Positions 57,864 to 64,000 of a DNA stretch of 64,000 nt are shown piece after piece. This DNA comes from Adineta vaga (lineage: Eukaryota > Animalia > Rotifera): NCBI GenBank assembly GCA_021613535.1, contig CP075495.1, positions 7,378,001 through 7,442,000 on the forward strand. Direction: 5' to 3'. Below the pieces are notes generated by a model. It did no database searches. It was not told the origin of the DNA and was given only the letters and a program-made list of their open reading frames with translations. The position numbers and the translations under genes are program-made. The number at the start of each line of letters is the position of its first letter. The stretch's first letter is position 1.

Positions 57864-59863
57864 TCGGATTTGAGAATATCTTTGGAATTGTTTGTTTTGA
57901 TACTTTATATTATAGTTTTCTATTCATCTAATGAAAGCGGCAAATGTTTTGCATGATTATAACGATGAACAGTTGACTAATTTGACATTAACGATAATTA
58001 ATTTAATGATAAATATATATATACTTGAATGACGTTTATCAGGATAGATTCCGTCATGATCTAAGAAAGATAAAATTATGCGTAAATTATATATTCATAA
58101 GTATGCATGACTTGAAAAGTTCTTTCTCTACTTCTATTTTCTCTGAAGAAAAACTGATGCTATTGAAGAATGAAGGAAAGAAAAAGACATTTATTGTCAG
58201 ATTAAATCATTATCTTATTTGCAAATCTTTATTCCCAAGATATGATTGCTCTTAAGATCTTCGCGAAAAAACGATGAAAGAAAAAGCAAAGCAGCATAGA
58301 CCGAACAAACTATTGTTTTTTTACAAATGACGATGTCAAGTTTTTATCGGAAAAAAGGTCATATGGTTACACAGATACATTCTTAACAGTCGAACAATCT
58401 GCTATCGAATTTTGTCATCGTTTTTCCTTATTTGACATAAATAAAAAAACAAAAGTGTCACGGATAGGAACATTAATGTCTGTTGTCTAGCATCGAATAT
58501 GTTTGATATGTCACTCGAGAGAATTTTCGAATATTAGACTTATTTTGTAATATGAATATCGCAAGATACTTGCCGAGGGATAGGAGAAAAAGAATCTAGC
58601 ATTGTAAAACGATCGGATTAGTGGCTATCGTGACGTCAAAATACGACGAAATGCTACTAATGTAAATGAACGCGAGATGCATGCTCTCAGTATCTTTAAA
58701 TACATATTTGCTATTATATCAAAAGAAATGAATAGAATAATTGGCATATGAAAAACAGGAGTTATCACGTCATTCATATTAGTTCGTTCAAGTATAAAGA
58801 ATAATTTAATGGAAATGTTTTAATGATTTTTACTTCGATAAATGATAATAAATGACAAGAGAAAGTGTTTTGTTAAAGATAGAATATGATTTGAATAAGT
58901 TTGAATATTTTAGTTTAATGAATTAAAAAGTTCAAATCATTAGACTGTGGATTCTTTATAATCATATCTTTCTTCGTCTTCTTTTGATAATAAAAACTCG
59001 ATGACAAGCAGTCTGAATAGTATCAGAGAAGAAAATGACAAAAGACTGATTTCTAGAAATTGATTCTATATTTATGAGAAAATCCTCCTCCATTGAGTTC
59101 TATAAATATCTAAATATTCTTAATAAAAGCATTTTTTTCTCTCTTGATTTCTCCTGTTAATATTATATAGGATGATTAAGTGAACTATAAAAATCAAGTA
59201 TTTTAAATTGTATATTATTTTCGATGATGTAGTTAATCGGCAATCAAAACTCACAAGACAAAAATAAACATTTAACAATTCATTCATGATTTTTAAAAAC
59301 AAGAATTAGGAAAAGAATGCCCGCAAGATATATAGTTAAGAAGATAGACGACGTTTTGTGTATGTTTTCTTATCGACGAAAACACAAAAATAAACTGAAA
59401 AAGGAAAGTTAGTCAGCAAGTCTCTGTACATCTGTATTATGCTATGCCCTGGGAATGATTAATTCTTTAATATCAAAAGCGTACAGATAATCATCGACTC
59501 ATTCGAGTAGATAAAAAGTCAGCTTGTCTGCGATAAAAAGTAATAAACTCGTAGATCTATTTTAGAGGAAAGAAAACATGTCTGAATGAAAATATATCGG
59601 TCTGCGAAACATGTTCTTTAATCGTATAAACTGATCAAAGGGAAACTCTCTGTCTCAACACTTCTATTAAGTCCTACCAACGTACACATGTGTATTGTTT
59701 AACCATTTTCTAATTATTTGACATATGATTGAATCTCAAATTGTCACAGAAAGAGAAAAGCTCATTGGATAATCAATCAATCGAAAATAATGAAGAAAAG
59801 TTCCATATTATCATCGATCTCAATTATTCTTTATAATGATGATGTCAAAACAATTCATTTTAC

Positions 59864-59956
59864 TAGGTCTGGGTCACTTAACTGAATTAAGTGTAATTGA
59901 GTTAGAGAGGGAAGAACTTGACTTAATTTTAAGTTAAGTCAAATGACCTAATCCTA
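59864..59956. mobile_element. 93-bp hAT-like MITE
   Basis: Imperfect TIRs TAGGTCTGGGTCACTTAACTGAA vs reverse complement TAGGATTAGGTCATTTGACTTAA (17/23); flanking 8-mers CATTTTAC and CCTTTTAC (7/8), consistent with an 8-bp TSD. Confidence 0.7.
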
Positions 59957-62221
59957 CCTTTTACTATAACTTTTCTCAGTAACTTTTCACTATGTCAATA
60001 ATAAGTATATATTATCAAGATCATAAAGAGAAAGAACGACATTTTCGATTATGTTTTTAATTATATAGTTATCTGTAATAATCTCAAAAATGAAATATTA
60101 GATAGTTATAAGATTTACGTCATTATGAACTTTAGATATAGGATTATAATAAAGTCAAAAAGACAAAAACAATGTATCTGTTACTTTCATATAAATAAAT
60201 TTATCATAGATACGATGAATATTATTGTTTTCTTAAGATAATTATTTAGGACAAATATAGAAAGAAATTTATCGTAATTTATGCATAATGGAAAGTAGTC
60301 TCTGATGTGATCAAAATAAGTATGTGAGAAGCTGTATATAAATTTTTTTTCTTATTAGAATATGACGACCTTCTCTTCTCAGATTCATCTCCGAATAACA
60401 GCATTCTCTTGACTAAATCTTTTTTTGATTATAATACCGAAGAAAATCTATTGAATAATTTTCTATATATATCAATAGTAAATGATTCAAGGTGAAGAAC
60501 TGATACAACTATTTTAGGTACTTAAAATGCATAAATTGTCTCGGTACTGTTTTTATAATAAGAGTTCATATTAGTCTCTATTCCATTACATTATTTGTTA
60601 TATCTCAAACAATAAAAATAAATATTCAAGTGATTTTTTTCGAATTCGAATAAGTACTGTAACTTACGTATAAATACTGAGAAATATCGACGAGAAAAAT
60701 AAATGAAAAAAAAACATACACACTTCATGACTAAAACGATGCTATCAATTTTTAACATATGATTTACATTACGAAACAACGTTTTTACAACAAGGTAATA
60801 TGATATGATTAATGAAACATTTTGATAAAGTTTTACTCAACAACGTAGAAATTCTATAAAGTCACGTGTGTAAAGTGTACTTATTTATACTTGCTTGTCT
60901 TGTAAGAACTAGTGAATAGAAAAAAGTCAGGAAAAAATCTAATTTAAAACATGAGATTCTTATGAGTTTAAGAGATGTTTCTCATATAATATTTTATCAT
61001 ATTCATCATAAAGCATCTGTTTCAACTACAAGGCCTAGGTACTATTGTCACGTTGGCATAGAGTGAGTTTATAAAAAACAAACTTTACTGTTAGATATTA
61101 TTAACTAGAAAGCTGTCGCACTCAGATGCGATAATTTATGTAAAGAACATTTTGAGAACTTCAAAAACAAAACAAAAACTAATCTTAAGCTTGATTCTTA
61201 AAGACTTTCTGAGATTTAATTTTCTGAAAAACAACAGCGTGATGTTTATAGTATTTTATAGAGTTGTGTAAGTCAAAAACGATTCAAAGACATCTCACAT
61301 GATGTGGGTAACCATTCGAAAAATGTATTTGTAATTCCAATACGTAAAAATATTAGATAATTACTAACGAACTAGTTAAATTTATTCACATGTTGAGATA
61401 TACAGTTCAATCAATGACCGATTGTATGATGCAGGAAAAGTTTTTTTTCTAATTGTCAGTTAAAAGAAGTTCAAATAAAATCAGCTTTACTTTTGTGATT
61501 AAAGAATTGTTTCATAATAAATTACGGCATATAATTAGAGAAATAATATATCAAACGTAGATGGTTGCTATTTCGTATATTTTACTTATTGAGGACGAAA
61601 ACAGATCTTCTACTATGAGAAGAATGTTACATTATGATATCTTTACAAAGCATTAAAAATCACTTAGTATATTTGTTTTCTTCGTATATATATATTAGGG
61701 AAGACTAACTCTGATATAAATACCGTAGTAAATTTTATAACTACATCAGTATGATCTCAAGAAAATTATGGACAATAAAATTGAACTTGTCAAATGATAA
61801 TAAATGATCGGCAACGATAAAAGACTATCATGGGAAGAAAATATGTATCTACTCACAAACATCTTCTAATTAACTTTTAAATTCTATTAAAAGTGTTTAT
61901 AATGAGAGCACGAGTATAAAAAAGAAAATGAAATAACCAATTAATTTTTCAAAATACAATTTAATGTCGTCATAAATCTTGTAAATCCTTGCTATAAATC
62001 AATTTTAACCTTCATACTCTGACAATACCATCTAATTGAGATGAATTCGATTGTATATTCTAGACTTGAAACGTTTGACTTTCTAAATATAAAACTTTAT
62101 CTGACATATTGACACTAATACGTTTTATTTTTATGCATATGTCACAACATCAAAGACAAAAAATTTCATTATCCAGAAATTATACAGAAAAAAAAAACTT
62201 ATCTACATAGATAATAATTAT

Positions 62222-64000
62222 TCAAAGTTTCGTTTTATTTGCAATACATTTCCAAACATAAACTGTTGGTAATGATATATGTGTAACATTAGTTTCAATT
62301 TTTCGTTTGGCTAAGTCAATTTTTTCAAAAGTTTCATCTTTTTCTCCAACACAATGTGTAATACGAGATAATTGTGTATCATTATTGATATCTTTTGTTG
62401 ATAAAACTTGACCACCATATGCTTCAATATGTCGTTTTAATTTATTGTATTCATCCATAGGTAATTTTGATGATAAATGAATATATTGATTAACAAAAAT
62501 ATTTGGAAAATGTAATTTTAGTAAGCTATTTGATACAGATTTTCGGAGGATCTTATTATCCGTCGGTTTAACATCAATATCATCGTCATCATCATCATCA
62601 GAATCGATTTCGAGAAGTTTTCGTTTAGTTGGTGAAGATTTTGTTGGTGTAGAATTATTATTCGTATCACCAAAATGAAACTATAAATAAAGAGAGACAA
62701 ATATATTTTGAGTTTTGTCCTAAATTTGAATACATACAACGTTTTCTTCATCTTCATTATCATTAGCATCTTTTTTCGATGGTTTCGATTTTTCGAAAAG
62801 TTCTGTTAAATATTGTAGATTTGTTGCTTCTTTCCATGTTTTATCTTCACGTACTTTTGTTATACGAGGAAATCGAATCGATATTCCATTAGCAGTATGT
62901 TGTTTCGATTGAGAGAATTCTGCACCCTAGTAAAAAAGAAACATAGATTAGATGAAAAAGGTGCAAGTATTCTGACAAATCCATACAGTTATTTCCCAAA
63001 CAGGTGATTTTTTTGGATCAATTACAATGAAATCTGGAACAAGTTCACGACTAATATTGCACCATTTTGGAATTTGATTAGGATTTTTAGAAATTTTTGT
63101 TATATTTGGTTTTAAATCAATTTGAAGTTTTTCTAATGTTGCATCATCAAAACCATTACCACATTTTGCTCTGAAAACAAAACTAGTAGATGCTCATTTG
63201 TAAAAGAAGAGTGTAATAACTTACACAGTATACCATTGATCAGTTTCAGGATCATGACAGCCGAGTAGAAAAACACTCATTAAGCCACCTTTTTTACCAG
63301 TACCATAATAAGCACCAAGAACAACTAAATCAGCTGTATCAGCCATGGTACCTTCCATTAAATAATCTTTTTTAACTTTAAGCCAATGACGTTTATTTGG
63401 TTCATAGTTTCCTTCAGGATTCTAGCATAGAAAGAACAGATATGTCATGAGAAATTTTGCTCTAATCATTATCTTATTTTCATTTTTCGGCATGGCAAAT
63501 AAATACTTACTTTAAGTACTAAACCCTCAAGTCCTTCAGCAATGGTAAAATTAATTAAATGTTTCAATTCACTTTTTTTATTGATTGTTTTTAAATCCGA
63601 AAGAAGAATACGATTTTCAATTGGTGTCATATGTTGAGCAAGAATTTCACGTCGTTCTTTCAATGTTTTGTCTGAAATACAACAAGATTTTTCTCAGTTA
63701 CATAATCTTATGTAGAGAATAAAATCGACTGCTGATTTTCTTTAGCGTTTCTCAACAAAAATACATTGCTCGAATACATCAGTAAATTAGAATTCTGTTA
63801 GATTGTACTAATTTTCTTCTATAAACTTACGCAAAAGACTTTCTCCATTGTAATAAAGACAATCAAAAATGAAAAAAGCTTCATTTGCTTCAGAAAATTC
63901 TTTCTTCTTATGTACACCAAGTGTTCCAAATGGTAATGGTTTTTTCGTTCTAAAAATAATAAGAAAAGAAACACGTGTTCTTAGAAACAAAAAATGAACT
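62222..64000 (-). CDS. LIG3: DNA ligase III (alpha-type, C-terminal BRCT); 5' part outside window
   Basis: KKPLPFGTLGVHKK, FFIFDCLYYNG, EGLEGLVLK, YEPNKRHWLKVKKDYLMEGTMADTADLVVLGAYYG, ISIRFPRITKVREDK; C-terminal BRCT (LKRHIEAYGG..THCV..VWKCI). Confidence 0.95.

Noticed and set aside
58631-58638. CRE palindrome TGACGTCA upstream of the 7TM gene
   Set aside because: One such 8-mer in 64 kb is close to chance expectation.

Overview
AT-rich eukaryotic (animal) genomic DNA, gene-dense, with many very short (~50-65 bp) GT-AG introns. Intron size, composition and a rotifer-style GPCR remnant suggest a bdelloid rotifer (inference only). Recognisable genes in order: TAF1 (5'-partial), an intronless MAO-type amine oxidase with a frameshift, an MBTD1/L3MBTL2-like MBT protein, macroH2A, sphingosine kinase, a Ly6/three-finger GPI protein, a BAF-domain protein with a long N-terminal extension, a type-B carboxylesterase, an orphan Thr-rich membrane protein, an orphan disordered protein, a GPCR pseudogene, DNALI1, LRR1, full-length DNA-PKcs (PRKDC) head-to-head with CEP104, an intronless orphan 7TM receptor, and DNA ligase III (5' part beyond the window). 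Best leads: a concentration of chromatin/DNA-break genes; macroH2A lacking the ADP-ribose-binding Asp; the extended BAF-like protein; operon/trans-splicing-like gene packing; an 11-bp CGCG motif shared by two divergent promoters; and a 93-bp hAT-like MITE with a near-perfect 8-bp TSD. Exon boundaries were read by eye and family comparisons are from memory; no database searches were run.
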